From positions 20,336,001-20,400,000 of the forward strand of contig OZ024741.1 of the NCBI GenBank assembly GCA_964016885.1: a DNA stretch of 64,000 nt, given 5' to 3'. The translations under genes were made by a program, and so were the position numbers. This DNA is from Eledone cirrhosa (Eukaryota). A model generated the notes under the pieces. That model made no database searches. It was not told where the DNA came from and was given only the letters and a program-made list of their open reading frames with translations. This document shows, one piece after another, positions 35,877 through 48,742 of this stretch. The stretch's first letter is position 1; each line of letters starts with the position of its first letter.

Positions 35877-36789
35877 CTATTGCTCGCACCAACTAGAAGT
35901 ATATGATTTTTAATGCGATGAAATACCACTGAAGGTTGGAAAATCACTGATGAAGGACTAATTTTATTCATATGTAACCCATGTGCAACCACGCAATACT
36001 CCATTCTTCTCATATTTATATTTTTTCCTCAGCTACGATTTTCTGTTTCTTTCTTACTGCTTTCCCCCCCCCCCTCTCTCTGTATCTCTCACCTTCTTTT
36101 GCCCCCTCTGTCAGTCACACTATCTCTCAACTGGCCTCTTTCTCACACTTCCACTCAGTCACTGCTTCTCCCCCTCTCTCACTTCCTCCTGTTTGACCTG
36201 TGTGAAATCCTTTTCTTGCTCACATCTCACCCATGTCGGATGGTCTGTATCTCTCTCGTTCATGAATTGACCAAGCTTAAGCTTAATAGATATCATGTAC
36301 TTGTTTCTTTCTATCTTTCCGTTGCCATACCATCTTTTGCCATACCACCGATTTGCGGATTAATTGGTGAAATATATTTCTTACTTAAAGAAATATATAC
36401 AAAGGAGATTAATCATATTTGAAGTTCTAGTTAAACTTTAATTGGTTACCTACCTAGCTATGTGTGCTTACATTCTTTACAAATTATTCCCTGTGATTGT
36501 TTCATATGTTTATTTTATATATATATGTCAATCTATTTCTAGTTGATATGTAATGCTCGGTTCTATTCATTGGAATCTTTGAGCTTATTCTACAGTGGAT
36601 ATGGTGCATGTCTCTCAGACATGACAACCCTTAATTTTAATTTTAATTTTGAATATATATATATAAGCAAAGAGTTATTTAATTTGTTGGTTATTCAACA
36701 AATTTATTTATAACAGATCCTACAGAATTCTTCTGGAGTATAATATCAATAATATTAATAAATGGAAACTATCTTTATAAAGCCATATT

Positions 36790-36861
36790 TATTTTATTAT
36801 ATATATTTCAAGGGTACCAACATTTTTTTTTTTTTTTGGTACACTCTCATCAGATAAAATA
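36790..36861 (-). ncRNA. Type I hammerhead (family A) within a fragment spanning ~36665-36915
   Basis: UAUUUUAU CUGAUGA GAGUGUACC...GGUACCCUU GAAA UAUAUA UA AUAAAAUA. Confidence 0.8.
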
Positions 36862-37335
36862 TAAAAGTTGTTTTATAGATAGTGACGTATTCAAGAACAA
36901 GAACTTATCGTTTTAAGTTCTGTTTGAACAGTGAAAGAATAGGATGAATATGTTAATGAGGGTAACGTAAAGTTGAAAAAGATCCTTATATTTAGACGCT
37001 AGGTAAATTTAAATAATTATTAGTGTTATTTTTTAAAGGAAGGAGAGAAAGGGGTTAATATTAGGGTGTAAAAAAATTTAAGGGAAAAATATAAGAAAAA
37101 ATATATATTATAGTTAGAAATAGATTATTATTATTAATATATAATTGTATGGATCGTATTATTTATGGTGTAAAGAGAGTGAAATAATCATATTTTTTTT
37201 ATTTAATTATATGATTATATATTTCGGTAGTATTTATAATATAATATGGGAATTATAAATGTGTTGAAGTGGTAGAATATCAAATTTAAAAAAATGAGAG
37301 ATACTACTAATTATTGGGTATATATATATATATAG

Positions 37336-37427
<92 letters not shown>

Positions 37428-37429
<2 letters not shown>

Positions 37430-37621
37430 CGAAGGAAGTGTGGTAAGGAACCAGATGGACCATAACGCACCAGAGTACTCAATACTTAGGGTAGTAGAGT
37501 GGGTAATAGGAAAATGTTTGACCCCGACGGCAGACCTCAAGCCGTTTCGACGGGTATTTCTGGACAGTCCAGAAATAACCGTCGAAACGGCTTCAGCTCT
37601 GCCATCGGGATCAAACATTTT

Positions 37622-37625
<4 letters not shown>
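37428..37625. mobile_element. Family C fold-back element carrying only the 3' half of a hammerhead
   Basis: Palindrome 37506-37625 centred on GGACAGTCC; GAAACGGC-loop-GCCGUC-GGGG on the minus strand. Confidence 0.65.
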
Positions 37626-37661
<36 letters not shown>

Positions 37662-37701
37662 TTCAAAATATTAACAAAATAGATATTCTTGTGATCAAGT
37701 A

Positions 37702-37768
37702 TATTTTATTATACATATTTCAGAGGTACTGAGTTAACTTCAACAGTACGTCCTCATCAGATAAAATA
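37702..37768 (-). ncRNA. Type I hammerhead (family A variant)
   Basis: UAUUUUAU CUGAUGA GGACGUACUG...CAGUACCUCU GAAA UAUGUA UA AUAAAAUA. Confidence 0.8.
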
Positions 37769-38476
37769 AGATGATGCATGACATACCCTGACATAGTAGA
37801 TGGTTAATATTCAGTCATGGTAGTGAGTAATATATGACAAAACTCAATATTTATATACCTTAATATTGAGAACATGAGAAAAATATATAATACATACAAT
37901 AGAGAGGGTGCGTGTGAGACAGCTTAAAAAATACTTGGCATCAATATAACAGTTAAATAATTTAAATTACTGAAGAAAGAGGAAAGAAAGGAAAGCATAA
38001 AGGAAGAAACAGGTGAGGGGATAATATAGTTAGTAGGGGCCTAGAAAAACAAAAGAGAGTTGATTACAGAGAGAGAGAGATAAAGAGGAATAACTTATGT
38101 TCAAGTCTTTAGACAATTATCCATATATACAAAATATATCTAAACTTATTTGGTTGACCGTTAATATTCAAAATATTTAATTTAAGTTAGTTCAGAGTAA
38201 TGAATAATATTTTAGGTTTTAAAAGTTAATAGGTATCTCTATTAATATTAAAGTATACTATAAAATTTAATTTCTAAAATCAAATTTTATGAAATCAAAT
38301 TTAAAGGATTTACAAACACGAGAAAGAAAACATAATGTTTTTACAACCTCACTAAGGTAAACTTTACCATTTATAATATTGACAACAGTTTATATAATAT
38401 AATTTAGAAAATAATTAGTTATAATTTTTTAAGAATTTATGATTAACAATTTGAGTGATATATATATAGCTATATA

Positions 38477-38625
38477 TAACGAAGGTAGTGTGGCAAGGAA
38501 GTAGGTGGAGCATAACGCTCCAGAGTACTCGATGCTTTGGGTAGTAGTGTGGATAATAGGAAAAGAGTCCAGAAATAGCCGCCGAGACGGCATGAGATCT
38601 GCCGTCGGGGTCCTGACTCTTTTCA
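38477..38625. mobile_element. Family C fragment
   Basis: Homologous to 37428; GAGACGGCA...UGCCGUCGGGG. Confidence 0.6.
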
Positions 38626-38637
38626 TATATATATATA

Positions 38638-38755
<118 letters not shown>

Positions 38756-38796
38756 AAGTAAGAATATTTTTTCGAAACAGCGAGCGGGCTTTGAAA

Positions 38797-39026
38797 TTAT
38801 TATAAATGTAAGCTATCGCCGTATTTTGACTAAAGAAATTAAAGAAATTATTTACCCTGATAGTGGGGTTAAGAACCCTTGGAGAAATGGAAAAAGATGA
38901 GTATTGACGTACATGGGACGTCAATACTCCTCTTTTTCCATTTCTCCGAGGGTTCTTAACCCCACTATCAGGGTAAATAATTTCTTTAATTTCTTTAGTC
39001 AAAATACGGCGATAGCTTACATTTAT

Positions 39027-39031
<5 letters not shown>
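38797..39031. repeat. ~235-bp fold-back palindrome between (TA)n tracts
   Basis: Centre GACGTACATGGGACGTC; arms near-perfect. Confidence 0.9.
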
Positions 39032-39105
<74 letters not shown>

Positions 39106-39113
39106 TGTGTGTG

Positions 39114-39184
<71 letters not shown>

Positions 39185-39471
39185 ATCTCGGGTTCAATCG
39201 GAGGTAACCACAGTAAGGTACTCAATACAGAACAGAGTATAGATATTTAATATAGAAATGGCTTCTACAGGACTAGAACTGTTTCATTCGGAGGAAATCA
39301 TCTGGTAAGCATATATATATATATGTGTGTGTGTGTGTAATGTGCTTATGCCGTATTTGACTAAATAGAATTAGAGAGTTAGTTGAGATTTAAAAAAAAA
39401 ACCTCTGAAGGGGAAAATGTGTTACATATTGGTTCGGCAAACCAAATATGTGGGTTCGTGTTCCATATACG

Positions 39472-39820
39472 CAGTAGCGTGCAGAAGGGGGCATTGTGCG
39501 GTGGCCCCAATATCAGCTTAATAAATTTGATTGATTTATATTAAAACCGAATAAAGCGTTTTATTTCATGTTTCATTTGTGTTTATATATTCAAAATGTT
39601 TTCCTTTCTCATAATATTTCTCAGTATATTAGGCCTTATACCTGAGTCTTTGGGGCATCAGGCCTAATACCTGAGTCTTTGGGCATCAGGCCTAATACCT
39701 GAGTCTTTGGGGCATCAGGCCTAATACCTGAGTCTTTGGGGCATCAGGTCTTATACCTGAGTCTTTGGGGCATACAATTAAGATTTGCCCCGGGCACAAC
39801 CACAGCTCTGCACACCGCTG
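39472..39820. mobile_element. hAT-type MITE with 8-bp TSD and internal ~29-bp tandem repeat (about 5 copies)
   Basis: TSD CATATACG at 39464-39471 and 39821-39828; imperfect TIRs CAGTAGCGTGCAGA / TCTGCACACCGCTG. Confidence 0.85.
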
Positions 39821-39918
39821 CATATACGCCAATACTTTTTCCAATTCAGTGGGGTTTTTTAAAAACCCAAATAACAGTGTAATTCTATTTAGACAAATAC
39901 AGCGTAAGCACATGTTAC

Positions 39919-39998
<80 letters not shown>

Positions 39999-40028
39999 AT
40001 ATATATATATATATATTATATATGTATA

Positions 40029-40083
<55 letters not shown>

Positions 40084-40165
40084 TTATATATATATATATA
40101 TATACATATATAATATATATATATATATATAATATATATATATATAATATATATATATATAATAT

Positions 40166-40212
<47 letters not shown>

Positions 40213-40239
40213 TATTTATATATATATAATATATATATT

Positions 40240-40314
<75 letters not shown>

Positions 40315-40406
40315 TAATATATATATATATAATATATATATAATATATATATACATATATAATATATATATATATATGATATATATATATAATATATATA
40401 TATAAT

Positions 40407-40481
<75 letters not shown>

Positions 40482-40499
40482 GGGTGTGTATGATTGTGT

Positions 40500-41975
40500 A
40501 TAGAAGATTATATTAATAAGAGGAATTCCAACTTTGTCTGATTTACTCGTTTTATTTACAATCCTTTAAAACTTATAATGGTATTATAATGAAATAGTAT
40601 GATAGAATATTAAATTCTAAGTGTTAATTGAACAAGTACTTTCATGCTTTCGCAATCTTCAGGTTCATAATATGTGGTGACAGTCAAGTTTGCAATTTTC
40701 AACTGTAATAAGATGGGTAAATTTCCTACCTTTTATACATTTTATACAGGGAAAAGTGGCTCCAGAATGCTACGCCCTGCAAACTGTATTTCGACCAATC
40801 AGTGTGTAGTTTCACTGAATTACTAAAGCTGATTGGTTTAAGCGTCACGGCTGGTTGAGCATGTCTAACGACCAATAATTAATCATATCCAAAGCATCAA
40901 TTGTTTTGCTATTTTTAGAAATGATGAAAATAGCATTTTCTATTAATCATCACCATCAACATCACTTTTATTATTATTATTATTGTTGTTGTTGTTGTTG
41001 TTATTGTTAGTGGTAGTAGAAGTAATACCCCTAAGCGTTATTATTGTTCATTTCGCTTGGGTTTGAATTTATCAATAAAATTCTTTTCTTTGATTTTTCT
41101 CTTGATTTCACTTGGGCTGTGTAATTTGTAAAATGGGAATATTATAAATATTCCCTGACCACATGTTGCTAGATGGTTACTTAGGGGTATCTGACGGACA
41201 TTTGGGTCTCTGATTTGTTGACGGTGTACCCGTGCACGTTCCGATAGTGCATTTCCAGTTTGACCGACATATAGTTCTTCACAATTCGGGCATTTAATGC
41301 AGTAAATTAGATTTCTGCTTTTGCAGTTCATATTTGCATTTGGGAATATTTTTCCAGTTTTTGTTTTCATATATTGACCGGCGTGTATGGGTTGACATGT
41401 GCCGCATCGACTATCATTGCATTTAGATACAGTGAATGATTGGTCTTTGTTGTTAAGGTCAAACTTTGCTTTTGTTAGTAATTGCTTCAAATTTTTTGGC
41501 TGTCTTTTACTAAGAGTCAAAGATCGATCTGTGATTAAGCCTTTTAATTCATTACCTTGAGCAATGATCGGTAGGTTTGCTTTGGCAGTGTTGAAGATAT
41601 TCTGGTGACATGGGTTGTGTGTCATTATAAATGGTATGACCAGTTCTTGGTTTCTTCTTCCTTGGGTTGTCCTAAGTTGTTGTATAGGTATTTTTATAGC
41701 CCGCTGTATGCCATTTTCTATAAGTAGAGATGGGTATTTTTGTTTGAGCAAAAATTCTCTTAGTTCTGTTAGGCGTTTGTACCTGGTATTCGTATCTTCT
41801 ACAATGGTACAAATTCTTCTGGCTAGGCAGTATGGGATGTTGCGTTTTGTATGGGGTGGATGGCACGACTTAAAATTCAGATATTGATGGGTGTCTGTGT
41901 GTTTATAATATATATCCGTGGTAATGGTGGTGTCGTTTTTGATTATCATTATATCTAGGAATGGTAATTTGGTCC
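40500..41975 (-). mobile_element. 5'-truncated Neptune-like PLE (RT thumb + GIY-YIG ORF 41041-41975) with pLTR
   Basis: LPFLDI, YYKHTDTHQYLNFKSCHP, CNDSRCGTC, NLIYCIKCPNCEELYVGQTG...ERARVHR; CCAAT boxes in the pLTR. Confidence 0.9.
40629..40667 (-). ncRNA. Minimal hammerhead ribozyme
   Basis: UGAAC CUGAAGA U UGC GAAA GCA U GAAA GUAC UU GUUCA. Confidence 0.8.
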
Positions 41976-42536
41976 TACCAAATAGTGAAGGAAAAGAGAA
42001 GAAAAGTCAAATATTTCAAATTATTAAGATGAGTATGCAAATTTTTAGACGCTATGGAGAATTTTATATAATTAGGATAGATGTATGTATAAGTAGGAAG
42101 AAGAAAAAAAGAAAGAAGACCTTGTATTTATGTTAATTTAAAAGGAATTAACAATTTGCGGGAATGGTGGACTATGATTCCAGAATTTAAATTTATTTAG
42201 CTATATTATGATTTATAATATAGTATGTATAATCAATTAGATTATATGAAGAATTATGGTTGCAAGTAGATTTTATCTTATTACATTACAACAGGTTGTA
42301 AGTATATAAATATCTATATAGATTAATAATTGTGCAAGTATAAGTATTATAGAAGTAGAATATATAATAGAATATTATAGAAATAGAATATATAATAGAA
42401 TAAATATGGTTTTATAAATATATTTTTCATTTATTTAATATCATTGAATATTATACTCCAGAAACTGTCGAGTGCTCTGAATCAGTTATAAACATTTATA
42501 TTTGTTGAATTACCAACAAATTGAATATCCCTTTTG

Positions 42537-42578
<42 letters not shown>

Positions 42579-42581
<3 letters not shown>

Positions 42582-45097
42582 CGGCGATGAATTAGTTTTG
42601 CGAGGTTTTTTATATGAAATCGTGTGTCGAAACAAATATTGTTATACTTGGGGAGGGTCATATTTGTGTAATATTGCCAGAATTAATAACAGAACACACT
42701 CATTGTTTGGTTGGTTTTCGCTTCTCGCTTCTGTGTCTTTTATATCGGTAATCTAACTTACTCGGTCCTCAATGTTGCCATTGACTGACCGACGGTCAAA
42801 AATAATACAGATACAATATAGACACAAACACATATATATAGTTTATCATAAATCTTTCGTTGCACATCTGCAACATCGTCAGTGGTGTTATATTTTCCTC
42901 CTGTTGTATTGTATGTCTACGCCATTTTTATTCAGTCTGTCTATATATTTATTTATTTATTTGCTTGTTTGTTTATTTTATTTTGTCTTCTTTGCGCATG
43001 CTTTTGCGTGTGTGTACAGTGTTTTGTTTGCTGTGTGATGGGTGACTAGTGTGTGTTTATGTGCTTGTTGTTATTGTGCTTGTGTATGTATTTATTTATT
43101 TATTTATTTTATTTTATTTACTTATTTATACTTCTCTTAGGTCAGTGTTGTTTGTTTGGGTGTTGTTGTTATTCCATTCATTCTTTCTGTTTAGCCTTGG
43201 TCTTCTAATTTCTATTTCACTGGCCTCTCTGATTTGCCTATCTGCTGGGTCATTTCTATGTTTAGATATTATTCTAATTTCTATGTTGTCTATGTTACCG
43301 TCATGTTGTTGTCTAGCATGTTCGTATAGTACTGACCCATTTTTTCGTCCTTTTAGTTCCCCCCAGTGTTGGTCTATCCTTTCGCCTATGCTACGAGCTG
43401 TCTCACCTATGTATGTTGTTGTCATGTTTCTGCAAGTACCCTCTGTACATCTTATGCTATAGACTACGTTTCTAGTTTTACAGTTTATCCGGGGTTTCAC
43501 CTTACATATGATACATTTCCTATTGGTACAGTGGGTTTTCTTAAAAGGGTAGGTTTTGCTGATCAGGGATTTTATGGTGGTTCCTGGCTTTTCTACCACC
43601 TTTATTTTTAAGTGGGTCTTTCTCAGGGCCTTTCTACACTGGTTTGCTAATTTCCCTCCAGGGGTGGCGTCCACAAATATGACACTCTGGTATCTCTGGT
43701 TGTCGTACCATGAGGTGGCTTTCCCTATCTTATGTCTAGCCCTATCTAAGCTATTCCATGATTTGCTCCTGTATAATGGGCAAATTCCTTTCATGTCCAG
43801 TTCTATGAGGGTCTTATACTTTTCCATGGCTCCTTCGTATACTCTGACTCTGTCTCTTTGGTTGTAGCCAGAGAACTGCATGCGGTTGATGAAGTGTTGG
43901 ATGTGTCTTTCCATTTCTGTTGGGTCGCACATGCTGGACACATTCTTCATCACTCGTACCAAATCTGCGATCAGAATATTAAACTTAGCACTACTGGACA
44001 TTGCTGAGTTTTTGAGTATCAGGTATTTGGAGGCCATGGGTTTAGCATAGTGTGAGTGGAGAATTTGGGCTCTCTCGTCTATAGTGTTAATCCAGAGTTC
44101 TGTGTCTAATACAGGTAGTCTATTGTTAGGGTGTTTGGAAGGGAAGTCGATAGTTACAGTTATACTCTGGTGTATGGAATTAGCTATCTGCTGAATGCTT
44201 TCCATCGTGCTACGTTCTAAATCAAACTTGTTAGTGCTCTCTAGTTGGGGTGTTCTTATAACTATATTGATATCGTCTACATAACGAGAGTACATAATGA
44301 GGTCTATGGAGCTCTCATTAAGGAGATCTTTAAGTCTCCTTTCCCACCATACCATGAAAAGGTTGGCAACATCACCAGCTATGCTGACGCCGATGGCTGC
44401 TCCCTCATTTTGGGTATAGATCTTCTCGTTGAACTTAAATATGTGGCCCTTTAGGGTAGTTTTGATACTAGCCCCTATTGCATGTGCGACCATTTTTCTT
44501 ACCTGATCATTGTTTTGGGGGGTCCGTATAGCTTTGGTCCACCCAATCCACCTTCCCATGGGAGTCTTTTTTGCCATTGAGGTTATGGTGGGGGGTCTAC
44601 CTCTTATAGGTCTACTAGGGCAGAAACATCTAAGGTCATGGCTGTCTAGGTAGTCAGTGTCGTAGGTAAGTCTAAGTAGGAGGCCCAGTTCGTCTGTGTC
44701 GACGTCGCAGAACTCCACCTCACTCTCAATGATCATCTCCACACATCTTTTCACAGCAAAATCAATGTTAATGGATGGGTACAGTGACACCACATCCATG
44801 CTGCCTATTATGCAGTTGGATAGGCTCCTGTTTTTGTTGCACTCACTGATTCTATATATATATTGTATCTGTATTATTTTTGACCGTCGGTCAGTCAATG
44901 GCAACATTGAGGACCGAGTAAGTTAGATTACCGATATAAAAGACACAGAAGCGAGAAGCGAAAACCAACCAAACAATGAGTGTGTTCTGTTATTAATTCT
45001 GGCAATATTACACAAATATGACCCTCCCCAAGTATAACAATATTTGTTTCGACACACGATTTCATATAAAAAACCTCGCAAAACTAATTCATCGCCG

Positions 45098-45101
<4 letters not shown>
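42579..45101 (-). mobile_element. 5'-truncated, 5'-inverted sister copy of the 20428-25656 PLE
   Basis: Highly similar ORF and pLTR; hammerhead-like motif at 42847-42887; inverted pLTR piece at 44859-45101. Confidence 0.95.
43126..44907 (-). CDS. Truncated PLE RT + GIY-YIG ORF; first ~18 aa come from the inverted pLTR
   Basis: 593 aa open; SMDVVSLYPSI, YVDD and YIGETAR intact; RT fingers upstream of motif A are missing. Confidence 0.75.
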   Translation of the reverse strand: MLPLTDRRSKIIQIQYIYRISECNKNRSLSNCIIGSMDVVSLYPSINIDFAVKRCVEMIIESEVEFCDVDTDELGLLLRLTYDTDYLDSHDLRCFCPSRPIRGRPPTITSMAKKTPMGRWIGWTKAIRTPQNNDQVRKMVAHAIGASIKTTLKGHIFKFNEKIYTQNEGAAIGVSIAGDVANLFMVWWERRLKDLLNESSIDLIMYSRYVDDINIVIRTPQLESTNKFDLERSTMESIQQIANSIHQSITVTIDFPSKHPNNRLPVLDTELWINTIDERAQILHSHYAKPMASKYLILKNSAMSSSAKFNILIADLVRVMKNVSSMCDPTEMERHIQHFINRMQFSGYNQRDRVRVYEGAMEKYKTLIELDMKGICPLYRSKSWNSLDRARHKIGKATSWYDNQRYQSVIFVDATPGGKLANQCRKALRKTHLKIKVVEKPGTTIKSLISKTYPFKKTHCTNRKCIICKVKPRINCKTRNVVYSIRCTEGTCRNMTTTYIGETARSIGERIDQHWGELKGRKNGSVLYEHARQQHDGNIDNIEIRIISKHRNDPADRQIREASEIEIRRPRLNRKNEWNNNNTQTNNTDLREV

Positions 45102-45142
<41 letters not shown>

Positions 45143-45764
45143 CAAAAGGGATATTCAATTTGTTGGTAATTCAACAAATATAAATGTTTATAACTGATTC
45201 AGAGCACTCGACAGTTTCTGGAGTATAATATTCAATGATATTAAATAAATGAAAAATATATTTATAAAACCATATTTATTCTATTATATATTCTATTTCT
45301 ATAATATTCTATTATATATTCTACTTCTATAATACTTATACTTGCACAATTATTAATCTATATAGATATTTATATACTTACAACCTGTTGTAATGTAATA
45401 AGATAAAATCTACTTGCAACCATAATTCTTCATATAATCTAATTGATTATACATACTATATTATAAATCATAATATAGCTAAATAAATTTAAATTCTGGA
45501 ATCATAGTCCACCATTCCCGCAAATTGTTAATTCCTTTTAAATTAACATAAATACAAGGTCTTCTTTCTTTTTTTCTTCTTCCTACTTATACATACATCT
45601 ATCCTAATTATATAAAATTCTCCATAGCGTCTAAAAATGTGCATACTCATCTTAATAATTTGAAATATTTGACTTTTCTTCTCTTTTCCTTCACTATCCA
45701 AGAAAAACTTGAACCGTTAAGGTATCTTTTCTTGGTTATGTCAACATTTATAAAACAAACTTTG

Positions 45765-45822
45765 TATTTTTTCTGATGAAAGCGTACCAAAGTTTTGGTA
45801 CCCTTGAAATATATATAATAAT
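45765..45822 (+). ncRNA. Type I hammerhead (family A) interrupted by a LINE insertion
   Basis: CUGAUGA AAGCGUACC AAAGUUUU GGUACCCUU GAAA UAUAUA UA; the 3' continuation resumes at 49729. Confidence 0.75.
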
Positions 45823-45970
45823 AATAATGAAATTATTGTGTAAAGTGCTCAGGTGCACTACAACTCGTCAAAGGTGCATGTATAGTACATAGAATAATAC
45901 ACAAATGTCAGGGAAGTGAATAGTGTATGAGTCATGGTATACATGTGTGTATCTGTATGGAGGGGGAACA

Positions 45971-48742
45971 TTAGGTGTAGTGTTGGCGGATGTCGAGAAG
46001 CATGGAGGCCTTAAAGGATGCAGTGTCTCGACAGCTAACAACCGATGCAGGTAGTTTGTTCCATGCTTCAGCAACTCTGAGCGTGAAAAAATGTTTCCGA
46101 AAGTCATAGGAACTGTGCTGTTTTCTGACGTTGTGGGCATGTCCACGTGTGTTAGACACATGGAAATCAAAAAGGTACTCAGGGTTGTTGTTGGCAACAT
46201 GGTTAACAATTTTGAGGGTGTTTACCAAGTCAGTTGCCAGGCGTCGGAGCTTCAATGTATCCATGCCCAGGGAAGCAAGGCGCTCAGTGTATGGTAGATG
46301 CCCGATGGAGGGTATTCGCTTGGTTGCACGTCTCTGAACAGTTTCCAGGCGGTCAATGTTCTGAGCAAGATAGGGGTTCCAGACTGATGATGCAAATTCT
46401 AAGTGTGGCCGCACCATAGCCATGTACAGCCTTAAATAGATATCTGGAGAGCGGCTGACAAAGGTCTTGCTGAGTGATGCTAAGACACCCTCGGCCCTCT
46501 TGACAATTTTAGAGACGTGCTTCGTCCAACGCAAATCGCTGCTGACAGTAGTGCCCAGGTCACGTTCACAAGAGGACTTTTTGATATTAGTGCTGTGGAG
46601 GGAGTATGTGGACGCTGGGTTTTTACTCCCAAAATGCATGGTGGTGCACTTGTCCACAGCTAGCTTGAGTTGCCAGTCTGAGATCCATTGTTGAATTGTG
46701 TCCAGGTCAGACTGCAAGCAAGATCTATAGTGTTCAGGATCTGTCCTTTTTATCTCAAGGTACAGCTTGATGTCATCTGCGTACTTTAGTACCGTGGCAT
46801 TCTTTAAGTTGGCATCTATGTCATTAATATATGCCACAATATAATATATACCCTGTGGTACACCAGATGACATCTCATATGGTGAGGAATGCTGTCCCAG
46901 AACCGTGACTACCTCTCTTCGACTGAGAATAAAGGACTTCGACCAGTTAAAAAGATCATCCTTCACACCCATTGCAGAGAGTTTTGCCATAAGCCTTTTG
47001 TGTGGCACAGAATTGAAGGCTTTCGCAAAGTCAAGGTAAACAACATCCACCCATTAGTTGCCATCAGTGATCCGGGTGATGTCCTCAAGAAACTCTATAA
47101 GTTGATCACAGCAGCTGGAGTTGGGGATAAATCCAAATTGCGAGGGCCGGATAAGACTGTGAGAGCTCCAGAATTTCCAAAGTGTTTCTCTGACACAGGA
47201 TTCCATCAGTTTGGCGATGCAACTAGTAAGACTGACTGGACGATAGTTCACAGGTGATGTGCGGTCACCCTTTTTGAACAGAGGAATGACACTGGCAGTT
47301 TTCCACTGTTCTGGAGTAGCACTGTTGTTCAGACAGAATTGGAAGAAGCGTGATAACTGGTGCAGAAGGAAGTACCCACCACGTTTAAGAAGCAGGTACG
47401 TAACACCATCAAGACCAGGAGAGGCATGGTTGCGTTTATTTTTTAGGTGACGTCGCAGCATTGCAGGTGTAAATTCCATGGTTGTAATAGAGTCCGGTGT
47501 CATAGGTGGTGGAGATGGTACACTCTGGTCTTCAATAGTGAAAATGCCTGCATAGCATTCAGCAATGAGCTCTGCGCATTCCTTGGGGTCGTCAGTAACC
47601 TGGCTTGTGTGGGGATTGCGAAGAGGACCAACTGGAGAGTGAGGCCTCTGCTTTGAGTGAACATACTTCCAGAATACCTTACTGTCGGGCTGGTTGCTAT
47701 GCGCTACTCAAATTGAAGCACTGCCTATTTGTCACCTGTTTGAGGTGGTTGGACGATCTATTTAGCCTCTTCCTATTAATGTCTGTTTGTGAAGTTTGTA
47801 CTCACGTTCAGCATTGCGCCGTTCTTTTCTGGCAAGACGGACTGCTGCAGTCTCCCAAATTGCACTTTTGGGATGTTTTTTCCGCTTACGTGGCACCGAT
47901 GCTGCACATGCTGTCCATATTGAGCTCAGGATGTTCTGGAGTACAGTGTTGACATCTCCAGAGTCGTAGAACTCAAGCCAGTTTGGCCGTTGCAACTCGG
48001 TGCAGTAACAGTTCCAGTCTGCTTTATTCCAGTCAAAGTGAGCAGTTTGGAGATGGTTGTGGTTCTTGTTACTGCCCATGAGGGATAGACTGGCAATGAT
48101 CATAGCATGATCAGAGTCACCTAAAGGTTCCTCAGCAGTAACACTAATGACCGTTTCAGGAGTAGTGGTGAAGAGTAGGTCCAAAGTGTTGTCACCTCTT
48201 GTTGGGGAGGTGACCACTTGGGACCAACTCGAGTCCAGCACTAGCTCAAGGAAGTCATTTGCACTTGGCGGCCAACGAAAGGTTTCCCAGTCAATCTCAG
48301 GGTGATTGAAGTCTCCTGCAATGAAAACATAAGTGGCTGTCTTCCTGGCAGCAGCTCTGAGGATATCACAAAGTTGAGTGTCCTGATGGTAATTTGGGTG
48401 ACGGTAAACAACTCCAAGTAGCAGTGTTGACATGGTCATACGTATATCGTAGAAAAAAACTTCCTGCTGTGATTGGTTCAAACAACACAAGGAATTGCCG
48501 ACAGATTTGACCGAACGTAGACCATTACACCACCACCACAACGATTAATGCGGTCTTTACGAAACAGGTTGTAGCCAGTCATGCTGAAAACCCCATCACA
48601 GAGTAAGGGATGTGCCCAAGTTTCCGTGACTGTAATGAAGTCAGGGTTGATACTTTTGACGTAGGGGTCAAAAAGATTAATCTTATTGCATAGACTACGT
48701 GCATTCAAGGACAACAATTTGTACCTTGATTCCAGTCTATGA
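45971..48742 (-). pseudogene. LINE ORF2 (APE endonuclease + RT) with stops and frameshifts
   Basis: LNARSL, VTETW, GVVYRHP, AGDFN, LDLL, SDH; NYRPVSLTS, QFGF, YLDFAKAF, SGVPQG, YADD, RPHLEF. Confidence 0.92.

Larger units (their letters stand above)
41982..45697. repeat. ~840-bp near-perfect inverted repeats (41982-42820, 44859-45697)
   Basis: Arms are reverse-complementary, with about 1 mismatch seen outside the TA tract. Confidence 0.95.

Noticed and set aside
39255-39310. Hammerhead on - here and at ~51490-51532
   Set aside because: Each copy has a core mutation (CAGAUGA or UAAA) and stem I is not convincing; at most degenerate relics.
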